Virus record (IMG/VR): IMGVR_UViG_3300008108_004916
Coordinates: 1 to 50,909 of that record
Origin: a virus
Lineage: Duplodnaviria > Caudoviricetes
Direction: 5' to 3' (one strand)
Length of the DNA stretch: 50,909 nucleotides
Below are positions 9,301-19,076 of this stretch, piece by piece. The notes below the pieces were generated by a model. The model worked only from the letters and a program-made list of their open reading frames with translations, was not told the DNA's origin and searched no databases. The stretch's first letter is position 1. Every line of letters starts with the position of its first letter. The position numbers were made by a program, and so were the translations under genes.

Positions 9301-10764
9301 TTAACAAAAATCACCAGTACCCGTTCCTACTTCTCCAGTCGTTGAATCTAAATTGAATGTTTCACTAACTATTATACCACCTAATTCTTCTGCAACGTAG
9401 GTATAGCCTGTTAATAAAATATCTTGCGGCATTCTATATAAAACAGAACCATTAAATGCCGCATCAGATAATGAAATATCATTATTTGAACTTCTTACCG
9501 TACGGATAGTTGTTAGACTACATACTCCACCTGATGAATTACTTAAAGTAACATTAAATTGAACAGGTGCGCCGGTAGTTGTAGTTGTAGTTGTTGTAGG
9601 TGCAGCAGTAGTTGTGGTTGTTGTAGTTGTTCCACTGTAACATGCAGTTTCTCCACCTAATACTCCAGAAGTTGAATACCAATAATTTCCACCTCTAGCA
9701 TAGTATCCATCCGAAGGTACGCCAGTTCCATTTGAATTATTCCAAATAGTTACGCCATTTGCCGAAGCAGCGTTTCCACCATTATATTTGGTAACATGTA
9801 CATTTGTTTCATAATTTGTACAAGCTTGGTCTCCATCTGAAGCATCATATCCATAAGTTATTGCGTTTAATGGTGCTTCAGTTGTTGTAGTTGTTGTAGT
9901 TGTTGGTGCTTCAGTAGTTGTAGTTGTAGTTGTTGGTGCTTCAGTAGTTGTAGTTGTAGTTGTTGGTGCTTCAGTTGTAGTTGTAGTTGTTGGGGCAGCC
10001 GTTGTTGTAGTTGTAGTTGGTGCTTCAGTAGTTGTAGTTGTAGTTGGTGCTTCAGTAGTTGTAGTTGTAGTCGGTGCTTCAGTTGTTGTTGTAGTTGTTG
10101 GAGCAGCCGTTGTTGTAGTTGTAGTTGTTGGTGCTTCAGTTGTAGTTGTTGTGGTAGGAGCAGCCGTAGTTGTTGTTGTGGTAGGAGCAGCCGTAGTAGT
10201 TGTAGTTGTTGTAGTTGTGGTTGTAGTAGTTGTGGTAGTTGTAACTGATAAGCATGTTCCTTTATCATCCAACGTACCATTATCAGTTATTATAAAATAG
10301 TTTGTCCCATCCGAATAGTATCCATTAGGGGCTGGTGTTGTTAATCCACTATTTGTAAATAACTGCAAACTATTTTGTAAAGTACTTCCACCAAAAGAAT
10401 AATAAGTTGTAGGTGAGGATGAAAAATCACCACATGCATTATTAGCAGAAGAAACATCATATCCCAAACTAAATGATGATGGAGATAACGTTGTTGTAGT
10501 TGTTGTTGTAGTTGGTGCCGCAGTTGTAGTTGTTGTAGTTGCAAAAGTAATAGTTGAAGATAAACAATCATTTGTAGAAGTACCAAAAGTTTCTACAACA
10601 GATCCAGGCGGAACGGTATATAATCCATTTTGTGCAGAAAAGATTATTGAACCTACTTTTGAACTTACAAAAATAGTAACTTCATTTCCCTCACATTCTG
10701 TCCAAGTTACATCTCCTGATGTTCCATTTGGTAAAGTTGCTCTATATAATGTTGATGATGGCAT
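9301..10764 (-). CDS. Thr-rich mucin-like putative virion protein with repeated Cys-containing globular domains
   Basis: Long T5-8(E/A)AP tracts separate two similar domains (GYD....AC...P..GYY..G.NY). No signal peptide. Lies directly downstream of the tail fibre and chaperone. Confidence 0.8.
   Translation of the reverse strand: MPSSTLYRATLPNGTSGDVTWTECEGNEVTIFVSSKVGSIIFSAQNGLYTVPPGSVVETFGTSTNDCLSSTITFATTTTTTAAPTTTTTTTTLSPSSFSLGYDVSSANNACGDFSSSPTTYYSFGGSTLQNSLQLFTNSGLTTPAPNGYYSDGTNYFIITDNGTLDDKGTCLSVTTTTTTTTTTTTTTTTTAAPTTTTTTAAPTTTTTTEAPTTTTTTTAAPTTTTTTEAPTTTTTTEAPTTTTTTEAPTTTTTTAAPTTTTTTEAPTTTTTTTEAPTTTTTTTEAPTTTTTTTTEAPLNAITYGYDASDGDQACTNYETNVHVTKYNGGNAASANGVTIWNNSNGTGVPSDGYYARGGNYWYSTSGVLGGETACYSGTTTTTTTTAAPTTTTTTTTGAPVQFNVTLSNSSGGVCSLTTIRTVRSSNNDISLSDAAFNGSVLYRMPQDILLTGYTYVAEELGGIIVSETFNLDSTTGEVGTGTGDFC
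9890..10245. repeat. Degenerate tandem repeat of about 27-30 bp encoding TTTTTT(E/A)AP
   Basis: Repeated gttgtagttgtagttgttggtgcttca and ggagcagcc units. Shorter tracts occur at about 9575-9630 and 10490-10540. Confidence 0.9.
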
Positions 10765-10770
10765 TTATTA

Positions 10771-11238
10771 TTAAATAGTTTGGTATGGTGAATTTCCTAA
10801 TATATCAGTTGGCCATTTGTTTTTCAAATCATTTGGAGTTGTAACATTTGAAAAATCAATATCAGTTACATCTCTTAACGCTTGTTTTTTTTCTACTACT
10901 TCTTGAATAGTTGTTTGGTTTCCACTTTCCAATGCTCTCATATACTCAATATCCAAATCAGAAAACATTTTGTTTCTTTTTCTTCGTATCAAACCTAACA
11001 AAATATCTTTTCCTTTTTCCATATCAAATGTAGGAATCGCGGTTATACCATTATCATCTTCAAAATTAAAATCATAACAAAAAGTAAATGAATGGTCAAT
11101 GTCACTATCATCGTACATATAAAGATATTTTGAACCAGATGGTATTACTTTACTTATAACAAATTCAACAGTTTCTTCATTTAATGCTGTCCATCTAATT
11201 TCATTGTTTAATTTACTTATTATAAATTTTGGCTTCAT
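10771..11238 (-). CDS. Tail fibre assembly chaperone-like protein
   Basis: IRRKRNKM...KKQALRDVT...WP pattern typical of tail assembly chaperones. Immediately follows the tail fibre gene. Confidence 0.65.
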   Translation of the reverse strand: MKPKFIISKLNNEIRWTALNEETVEFVISKVIPSGSKYLYMYDDSDIDHSFTFCYDFNFEDDNGITAIPTFDMEKGKDILLGLIRRKRNKMFSDLDIEYMRALESGNQTTIQEVVEKKQALRDVTDIDFSNVTTPNDLKNKWPTDILGNSPYQTI

Positions 11239-11248
11239 ACTAAAAATT

Positions 11249-14200
11249 TTATCTTCCTATTACTACTATATCTACAAATTCATTTGTTTGAGAGACCGTA
11301 TTACTACCAGCTCCTATGAATACAGTTTGCATTCCAACACCACCTTCATCTGGCTTTTCCATTCTAAATTCAAATCCAGTTGCACTATTAGCCGTTATCA
11401 TAGGCATAAGCGCACTTTCAATTGTAGCATAATTTACAGACGATGGTGTAATAAATATAGAATAATCATTTGCATCAAATGCATTTTGAAAAGTTAATGC
11501 ATATTGATTACCAGTTAGTCCGAGAGTTGATGAAATATTAAATCTTCTTGAAACCGTATAGTTAGCTGCACTTGATGGTGATGTACCATTATAAGTTACT
11601 CTACAAAATGCTTTTACCGCCGGTGGGTATCCGTATGCTTGACTGAAATTAGAAATTGCCCTATCTATCATCAAACTTCCTGTAATTTCTGTTGAGAAAT
11701 TATATGAACCACTTATACCATCTCTTACTCTCAGATACTTATCGTCTGCTAAAACGGATTGGAATCCACCACCATTTACAACAGTACCTGCTGATATTGT
11801 TTTTATTGTTATAGTTGCTGCAGAATCTAAACTAAAAGTAGAGTTTACTTCCGAATCAAATCCATATGGTGGATACTCCGATGGGTCTGATGTATCTTTA
11901 CTATGTGCATATACAAATCCCCTTAAAGTTAGATAATAAGTTACACCTTGTTGTAAATCTGCAAGTAATGTAAATTTAGTATTTTCTATATAATCAGTTT
12001 GCGAAGTAGGGTAATAAGATGTCACATATTGAAATCCATTCCATTCGGTATAAGCTTGTACACTTCCTTGAGCGTAAGCTTGTGCATAATTAGAATTCGC
12101 AACATATTCAGTATAAAATTGTGGTGCGTGGCCGGTTTTTGTTAAAACTAAACTCACATTCATATAACCATCAGCATCACCAGTAGCTTGTATATAATTA
12201 CTAAATCCACCAGGAAATGTCATTGTTATAATATGTTGCCCAGATGCAGCTGCTGTAAATGAACCATTTGATGATGGTGTTCTGTAGTAATCATATCCAA
12301 TCGTTCCACCATAATATGAACTGTATGTTCCATCATTTGGTATGCCGTTTGTTTGTGTAGAAGCTGTAGTAAATGATGCAAGTGTTGCATTTGAATATGA
12401 TACACCGGTTGGAGATGGTAAGGTTAATTGCGTATTTGCAAAAAATCTTAAACTTCCAGAATCATCAAATACTGCAATTGATTCCGATGGTTCTGATACT
12501 AATTGTATATTTTGGTTAGCCGATATTATAGAACCTTCTCCAATTGTCCAACCACCAATTATACCATCATTCGAATTAATTGAACCTCTAATACTTAAAT
12601 CCTCACCATCCCAAATTAATGAACCAGACACACCAACTAAAGATACTTTTGGTTGAGAAGAATCATATCCAATAAAAATACCATTGTTATTAAATCCTTG
12701 AACTTGAGATTCAGTAACAAAGTTACCAGGACCAATACTAGAACTTATTTGTCCTATTGAAATATATGGATTTGCATTTGAACCACTTTCATTTGCGTTT
12801 AGAGTAATCAATGCGTTTGCACCTTTTGCACCAATATTAATAGTTTTATCCACATATTGTTCTACTGCAAAAAGTACATCAGTTGCTACAGAAGTAAATT
12901 GTGCACCAAATGTTTCCCAATCCGCTGGTGTTGTGTTTGGTTGTCCCCATGTAGCCGCATCATTTTTTGCTGCATTTTTTGTGATATAATATGTACTTCC
13001 AAATTTAACTATATCACGTCTACCTGCGATTAAGTCATAATAGTATTTTGTTGTAGAACTATATAATCCTCTATAAACAACACCAGGACCAGGCCCACCA
13101 GCAGTTCCATTTGTACCATTTGCTCCACTAGTTCCTCCCGTTCCCGATGAACCTCCACTTCCAGATGAGCCGCCACTTCCAGATGAACCGCCTGTACCAG
13201 ATGTTCCAGCTGCGGCCGAAACAGCCCAAGTATTTGTTGCACTTGATGGAAATCCAGTATCAATATTTGTATTATTAGTTGATGTGTGTGTTACAGAATT
13301 TATATAAGTTGAACCACCATATGCAACTGTATCATCGGGATAATATATTGTTGCAGGTGCCCAAACACCTCTATAACTTCCTTCAGGTATACCAGGTTGT
13401 CTTTGTCTGATTGAACCAACTATTGTTAATTGGTCACCATCCCAATACATTCCTTTACCAGATGTACCCGTTGTTTTAATTGAGAAACGGCCTGTTGTAC
13501 CATTAGCACCATCTTCATATACTCCTAAGAATATACCAGGTCTATTATATCCAATAACACCAGCCCCACCAATCGAAACCCCAGTTCCTTGTGTACCTTG
13601 TGTTCCGGTTTGTCCGATAGCAATATATGGGTCAGTTCTACCACCGGCTAATACAATATTTGCAAAAGCACCAGTTCCATCTTTTGTACCAACATTAAGA
13701 GTATTTTTTACATAAGATTCTTCAAATATTGCAATCTTAGCTGATACGAAAAATTCTTCTTGTCCCAAATACTGCCAATATGCAGTGTCTGTGTATGGAG
13801 ATGTGCCATCAGGTTGTTGTGCGCCAGCTGGTGTTCCAGGTCCACTTCCCGTAATAGCTGCCCAATAGTGAGTTTCTTTATTTACAGTTGCTGGGTCTGG
13901 CCAAATTACAGCATCCCTTCTTTGATTTGCAGTTTCTGCAATATAATCCAATGTAGAACTCCAAATTCCTCTCATCACTATACCAGGACCAGTATTACCT
14001 TCATATACTACTGATAGTGATAACGTTTTATAAAGAGTTTCTCTACCTTCACAATCAATTTGGAATATAACTTCCCCCGATGCAATTGTTTCTGGACTTG
14101 ACCATCCGCTTATACCAGCAAAAGATGCAGGTGTACCAGAAACATACGAACCAGCTGTCAATCCTCCGGCTAAAGTTAAATGACCGGAATATGCAAGAAT

Positions 14201-17200
14201 ACTTACTCTACATTGATTTGGATATCCTAATTGGCCATATGCATCAACTTGTCCACCACTAAATGTTGAAACGTTTGTTAATTCTAAATCACCTCTAAAA
14301 ACTCTTATAGTTGTTGTAGATAAATCAAATTCTAATTCACCAGAAACTCTATACATTATTCCAGCATTTTCACTAGATAAATTTGCAGTATATGGTGCTG
14401 GTGCTGTAAATTGTACCGCAATAGATTGAGATAAGAAATGAGTTGCTCTACCATTTTCAAAATCAATTTTGTATATTACTTCAGCAGGTGCGTTTGTTGC
14501 TGGCGCATTCCAAAAAGTTAAATCATTTATAGAAGCAGGACTTCCTAATAATCTACTTTGAGAATTTATTGAAATGAAATTACTTTTTGAATAAATTGAT
14601 GCTGAATAATATCCCAAAACACCTATTGGTGTTACACCATCTATTTGATATGAAACAGGCAATCCCGTATATGATGATGTATGTATTAATGGTATTCCTG
14701 ATTTTGATGCTACTACTTGTGTCCCAGATCCACTAAAAACCGTATCCCACAATGAAGCTTGAATTGAAGTATTTGCATTTGAAAGAAACGATTGGTATGC
14801 ATCTTGTCCAGCTTTTACACCAGTTATAGTAACTTCTGTAATTGCTTTTATTTCACTATTTGCATTACCATCTCTCATTTCAACTTTCCAAACAGCAGTT
14901 TGACCAGGCCCAGTTGCATCGCCAGATGGAATTTCAAATTGAGTATCTTGTGTTACACCACTGTATGCAATACCATCTTTGAAAAATTGATAATAAGCAG
15001 AACCAGTATTACCTATTGGAGTTGCATCTAAAAATATAGAACCTTCAGGAGATACTTGAACACCATCACCATTAAAGTTTACAGTTGTTGATGTTGCAGA
15101 CAAAACAACTGAACGAGCTTTAGCTGGTGCTACATTCTTAGTAAAATTTTGATTTCTAAAATAAATTGATGAAGTATATTGATGCCCACTTCCCAATGCA
15201 TATGGAAATACTTGAATTTCATATAAAGCACTTGCTGATGTATAAGGATAATCAAATCTATTAAAATCTAAAGTGGCGTTATATAAAGATGATGATGAAA
15301 GTGAACCTGTTCTTATTCTCCACTCACCCGCTGCGTTTCTTGTTTCTACTGAATTAATTCTCCAAGTTCCCGGTGCGGATGATTGTGTTGTAAATATTAA
15401 AAAGTCATCACCTTCTCTAACATTAATTGTTGTATTTGCTGCTGCATAACTTGATGCTGATACAAATCCAACTTCATCCGCATTTATTGTTTGCGTTTGT
15501 GGAGTTATTACAATTTGTATAGGTGGAGGTCCATCCAATACTTTTGTATAATTAACAACAACACTTGCTGTATATATTGAAGATGTATAATATGGATGTA
15601 TTACCAATGGATATGTTATACTACCACTTAAATTTGTAAGATTTGAAGATTGTGATACTATAAGTGATGCAGTATATTGTGTTCCAAAGGATGATGTAAA
15701 ATGAATATTACCTGCTTTTACATTTTGTTCTACAATTGATGAACTTGCAATATAAAACTGCCCATGTGATTTGAATGGGTCAGATGCTGCGCTTGAACTA
15801 AATGCCAAATATCTAGAACCTTGTTTTAATTTAATATCAGTTATAGATGGTTTATAATCATTAACAATACCTCTTGAATTTGCTGCTAAAGTTATATTAG
15901 CTGGCGTTACTTCGAATATAATTGTTTCATCTCCAGGCTTACCTTCAGGTACAATTGTAAATAAATGGTCTACGTTTACTGAAGCGGATGTCCATGGTTC
16001 AGTATAAGTAAAGCTTGTTAATATTTGCTTACTCTGATTTAACGTATTTCCAATATAAGAACCTAATGGTAACGATGGAATAACATTTCCAGATTCATCA
16101 TATGCAACAACACTTATATCCGGATTACAACTATGAGTTATAAAATATAACCAATATTCGGGAGTCCAATCTTGATTTATTGACATAGATGGATAAACCT
16201 CAAATGAACAACTTATTGGTCCTTCCGTTGTACCCCTTCTATAAAATGAAGCCGTTGCCGATGTAAATGTTGGTATAAATTGTGTACTTGTTCTTGGATT
16301 AATAGTGAACGTATCGGCATCATATAAAACTACACCAGCATCTAAACCATCTAACAAATCAGTTAATGTTAAAACAGTCAATATAGAAGCCGATGGGTTT
16401 GTTGAACCGGATGGTATTAAATAAAGTGTTCTTTGTGTATCAATTGAATCTCTATTAAAAATAGCGTTATAATTCAATTGCCCACTTCCAGTTAAACCAG
16501 GTTGTAATCCTTTTACAAATCCACTAGAACTTGCTGCGGTAAGTGTAATATATGTAGAACCAGACTGAACGTGGATTTGTGGTGCTGAACGGCCGGCTGG
16601 TAGTCCACTTTTAAGATTAATTTCATTTACACCATCAATACGAATAGCTTGAACTTCTAATGAACTAGATGCACTTGAATTTCTTATAACTGTTCCATTA
16701 TAAGGTCTTAATTCATAATTAACTCCACCTTTACCATCTATTACTCTAGTAATAATTACAGAATCACTCACACCCTCACATTCAGCTGTATATTCAATAA
16801 ACTGAACAACTATTTCTTCTAAATTAGGGTCTCTTGAACCTGTAAAATTTTGTACAGTCAGATATGGTTGGTCAGTATTTATATCATTTAATAACCCCGG
16901 AAATTGCCACCAAGTAAATGGTGGAGTTGATAAAGAACTACTTAAAGGAGTTGTTGCCCAATAAGCAGTATTATACATTGAAGATGATAATTCGTTACTA
17001 AAGAAATCAAATGAACGAGAAGTAAATGTTACCGAACCAGTCAAATAACTTTTTACAATATCAAATGTGATAACTGTTGGTGGTACTGGGTTTCCATTAC
17101 CAGATCCAGAATCAAATTGAAAATATAAAGATGATGGTATAATTTCTAAACTTTTTTGAATAGGATTTAGATTACCACCATCAAATGTTTTACTAGCTTC

Positions 17201-18811
17201 AACAATTACAGGAATATAATTGTTATTAATATCATAAAATTGAAATAAGAAATTAAAAGTTTCAGCTGGTAATGTTCTTGGTATTGGTTGAATAAAAGTT
17301 ATTTCATCAGGAGAAAATGCTGTTTCTTGAGATGCTCTTAAACTAACATTTGCAACATACCATCCATTACCTTGAACTTCAAAATAAAGTTTAGCATTAT
17401 CTATTTCTTCTGCTTTGAAATTTGCACTTACTTGACTTTTTTGCAATATACTATTATCAGATGTTACATTTAATATATTTTGTTGAACACCTATTACTAT
17501 TGGTGTATTATTTACAGATGATTGTCTTGAACCACTTAAATAAACTTTTACATAATTTTGGGGAGATAAGTTTTGTGCTAATCTTAAATCAAAATTTAAT
17601 GTGTACTCAGTATCTTGTGTTAATTCTAAAGATTTTGAAGTAAAGAATTTATTTACCCCCGTACTATCTAATTTTATAGAACTATATAAATAATCTTGAT
17701 TAAAATTAGTTGTTATATTATTAGATGAAGTTACCCAATAGTTTTTATAAAGTACCTCATCAAAAGTTCCATAGTTTTCTAAATTTTTTATAGTGGATTC
17801 TAAATCCGTAAGGATTTCATTTGATTCCAATTGAATCTCTTGTATAAATTGATAATCTGCTAAATCTGATTGAGATTTTCTAAATATTTTAACTCTTGCA
17901 GCATCACCAATAAATGTGGTTAATTCTGAAAGAGTTATTTTTGCGAAAGAACCAGTTAATGCGGTTTTTAAGTTATCAATTCCTTCTACATAATTAAATG
18001 TTACAGAATATGGTTGATTAAATACATCTTTAACAATTCCATTTTCAGAATATGGTGTATTAATTGTTATCTCTTTATTTGATATAACATCATCTACAAC
18101 TGAAGAAAAATTTAGATTAGGTAAAGTTATAGTACTACCAGCTACAGAACCAGTCCAAGCACTGTTACTATTATTTATTTGTAAAAGATAATTTGTAGGT
18201 AATGTAAAATTTGTAATTCTTTCACCAGCTCCTGGCGTTTGTGCAATACCATCAACAATTCCTGTTTGGGTTATTGTACTTACTATATTGGAGAATATTG
18301 GTTTAACAACTTCAGTTATTGTTACTTTTGGTCTTTTATAGAATCTAACTTTATCTTCATTAACCAATAATTTGTTTACATTAAATTCCCTTTCCCATCT
18401 AACATTATAAACATTTTTCCATTCTTCTGGGATATCTTTTACAATATTTCCATTTTCCAAATATTGTTTTAATTCTCCTAATATTGTAATTTTTGCAGTA
18501 CCAATAGGAGTATCATCATAAACATATACGGCTATTACTTTAGAATTACCTTCATAGTATTCAGGAATACCATTACCAGGTTCGTAATAAATTGGGTCTC
18601 CGTTTACATCTAATATCTGAATTTTTATTTCGGTAGACTCTTTTAGATAAGGAGAACCTTCTATTAAGAATCCGTTTTTACCACCAGTAAATGAATCCTT
18701 AAATTCTGTTATTTTGAAGTATGTAGAATTTATATCAGTATCTACTACAAATGTTTCAAAAGATGATAGTGGTGCTGGTAAAACTTCTCCGTATTTTTTT
18801 AATATTGCCAT
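11249..18811 (-). CDS. Giant tail fibre / receptor-binding structural protein (2520 aa)
   Basis: S/T/G-rich beta modules, RG.W....Y...D.V.Y repeats (CBM5/12-like), a GGSSGS low-complexity linker and a C-terminal KAFCRV...RFNISS..G.Y.LTF fibre-tip-like domain. Followed by a chaperone gene. Confidence 0.75.
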   Translation of the reverse strand: MAILKKYGEVLPAPLSSFETFVVDTDINSTYFKITEFKDSFTGGKNGFLIEGSPYLKESTEIKIQILDVNGDPIYYEPGNGIPEYYEGNSKVIAVYVYDDTPIGTAKITILGELKQYLENGNIVKDIPEEWKNVYNVRWEREFNVNKLLVNEDKVRFYKRPKVTITEVVKPIFSNIVSTITQTGIVDGIAQTPGAGERITNFTLPTNYLLQINNSNSAWTGSVAGSTITLPNLNFSSVVDDVISNKEITINTPYSENGIVKDVFNQPYSVTFNYVEGIDNLKTALTGSFAKITLSELTTFIGDAARVKIFRKSQSDLADYQFIQEIQLESNEILTDLESTIKNLENYGTFDEVLYKNYWVTSSNNITTNFNQDYLYSSIKLDSTGVNKFFTSKSLELTQDTEYTLNFDLRLAQNLSPQNYVKVYLSGSRQSSVNNTPIVIGVQQNILNVTSDNSILQKSQVSANFKAEEIDNAKLYFEVQGNGWYVANVSLRASQETAFSPDEITFIQPIPRTLPAETFNFLFQFYDINNNYIPVIVEASKTFDGGNLNPIQKSLEIIPSSLYFQFDSGSGNGNPVPPTVITFDIVKSYLTGSVTFTSRSFDFFSNELSSSMYNTAYWATTPLSSSLSTPPFTWWQFPGLLNDINTDQPYLTVQNFTGSRDPNLEEIVVQFIEYTAECEGVSDSVIITRVIDGKGGVNYELRPYNGTVIRNSSASSSLEVQAIRIDGVNEINLKSGLPAGRSAPQIHVQSGSTYITLTAASSSGFVKGLQPGLTGSGQLNYNAIFNRDSIDTQRTLYLIPSGSTNPSASILTVLTLTDLLDGLDAGVVLYDADTFTINPRTSTQFIPTFTSATASFYRRGTTEGPISCSFEVYPSMSINQDWTPEYWLYFITHSCNPDISVVAYDESGNVIPSLPLGSYIGNTLNQSKQILTSFTYTEPWTSASVNVDHLFTIVPEGKPGDETIIFEVTPANITLAANSRGIVNDYKPSITDIKLKQGSRYLAFSSSAASDPFKSHGQFYIASSSIVEQNVKAGNIHFTSSFGTQYTASLIVSQSSNLTNLSGSITYPLVIHPYYTSSIYTASVVVNYTKVLDGPPPIQIVITPQTQTINADEVGFVSASSYAAANTTINVREGDDFLIFTTQSSAPGTWRINSVETRNAAGEWRIRTGSLSSSSLYNATLDFNRFDYPYTSASALYEIQVFPYALGSGHQYTSSIYFRNQNFTKNVAPAKARSVVLSATSTTVNFNGDGVQVSPEGSIFLDATPIGNTGSAYYQFFKDGIAYSGVTQDTQFEIPSGDATGPGQTAVWKVEMRDGNANSEIKAITEVTITGVKAGQDAYQSFLSNANTSIQASLWDTVFSGSGTQVVASKSGIPLIHTSSYTGLPVSYQIDGVTPIGVLGYYSASIYSKSNFISINSQSRLLGSPASINDLTFWNAPATNAPAEVIYKIDFENGRATHFLSQSIAVQFTAPAPYTANLSSENAGIMYRVSGELEFDLSTTTIRVFRGDLELTNVSTFSGGQVDAYGQLGYPNQCRVSILAYSGHLTLAGGLTAGSYVSGTPASFAGISGWSSPETIASGEVIFQIDCEGRETLYKTLSLSVVYEGNTGPGIVMRGIWSSTLDYIAETANQRRDAVIWPDPATVNKETHYWAAITGSGPGTPAGAQQPDGTSPYTDTAYWQYLGQEEFFVSAKIAIFEESYVKNTLNVGTKDGTGAFANIVLAGGRTDPYIAIGQTGTQGTQGTGVSIGGAGVIGYNRPGIFLGVYEDGANGTTGRFSIKTTGTSGKGMYWDGDQLTIVGSIRQRQPGIPEGSYRGVWAPATIYYPDDTVAYGGSTYINSVTHTSTNNTNIDTGFPSSATNTWAVSAAAGTSGTGGSSGSGGSSGSGGSSGTGGTSGANGTNGTAGGPGPGVVYRGLYSSTTKYYYDLIAGRRDIVKFGSTYYITKNAAKNDAATWGQPNTTPADWETFGAQFTSVATDVLFAVEQYVDKTINIGAKGANALITLNANESGSNANPYISIGQISSSIGPGNFVTESQVQGFNNNGIFIGYDSSQPKVSLVGVSGSLIWDGEDLSIRGSINSNDGIIGGWTIGEGSIISANQNIQLVSEPSESIAVFDDSGSLRFFANTQLTLPSPTGVSYSNATLASFTTASTQTNGIPNDGTYSSYYGGTIGYDYYRTPSSNGSFTAAASGQHIITMTFPGGFSNYIQATGDADGYMNVSLVLTKTGHAPQFYTEYVANSNYAQAYAQGSVQAYTEWNGFQYVTSYYPTSQTDYIENTKFTLLADLQQGVTYYLTLRGFVYAHSKDTSDPSEYPPYGFDSEVNSTFSLDSAATITIKTISAGTVVNGGGFQSVLADDKYLRVRDGISGSYNFSTEITGSLMIDRAISNFSQAYGYPPAVKAFCRVTYNGTSPSSAANYTVSRRFNISSTLGLTGNQYALTFQNAFDANDYSIFITPSSVNYATIESALMPMITANSATGFEFRMEKPDEGGVGMQTVFIGAGSNTVSQTNEFVDIVVIGR

Positions 18812-18837
18812 TAATTTCTATGATTATATAAAATAAA

Positions 18838-18863
18838 TATTGGGATAATTTTTTATCTCAATA
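18838..18863. promoter_or_regulatory. Inverted repeat between the divergent tail fibre and RHH genes
   Basis: tattgggataa-tttt-ttatctcaata, 11-bp arms with one mismatch. Flanked by motif copies on both strands (18832-18839 and 18862-18869). Confidence 0.5.
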
Positions 18864-18899
18864 ATTATATATAGAATTCTAAAGAAAAATAAAGAAGTA

Positions 18900-19076
18900 A
18901 TGAAAAAATACGCAATGATTCAAATTGATGCAGAAATACATCAACTTTTGAAGGAGTTTTGTAAAGAGAAAGGATACAAAATAAATGGGTTAGTTGAAAC
19001 CCTTATAAAAGAAAAGGTAGAAGCTTCTAAGAAACCTCTACCCAAAAATATATTACCAGTTAATTCTAAAAGTTAA
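18900..19076 (+). CDS. Small ribbon-helix-helix-like DNA-binding protein (58 aa)
   Basis: Below the track cutoff. MKKYAMIQIDAEIHQLLKEFCKEKGYKINGLVETLIKEKV... shows an alternating beta strand, a helix, a G turn and a second helix. It fills an otherwise empty gap. Confidence 0.7.
   Translation: MKKYAMIQIDAEIHQLLKEFCKEKGYKINGLVETLIKEKVEASKKPLPKNILPVNSKS

Noticed and set aside
9890-10245. Repeat array as a possible CRISPR
   Set aside because: There are no unique spacers; it is an in-frame coding repeat.
9867-10586. Poly-Gln/Leu ORFs on the minus strand
   Set aside because: They are alternative-frame readings of the ACA/ACT Thr repeat.
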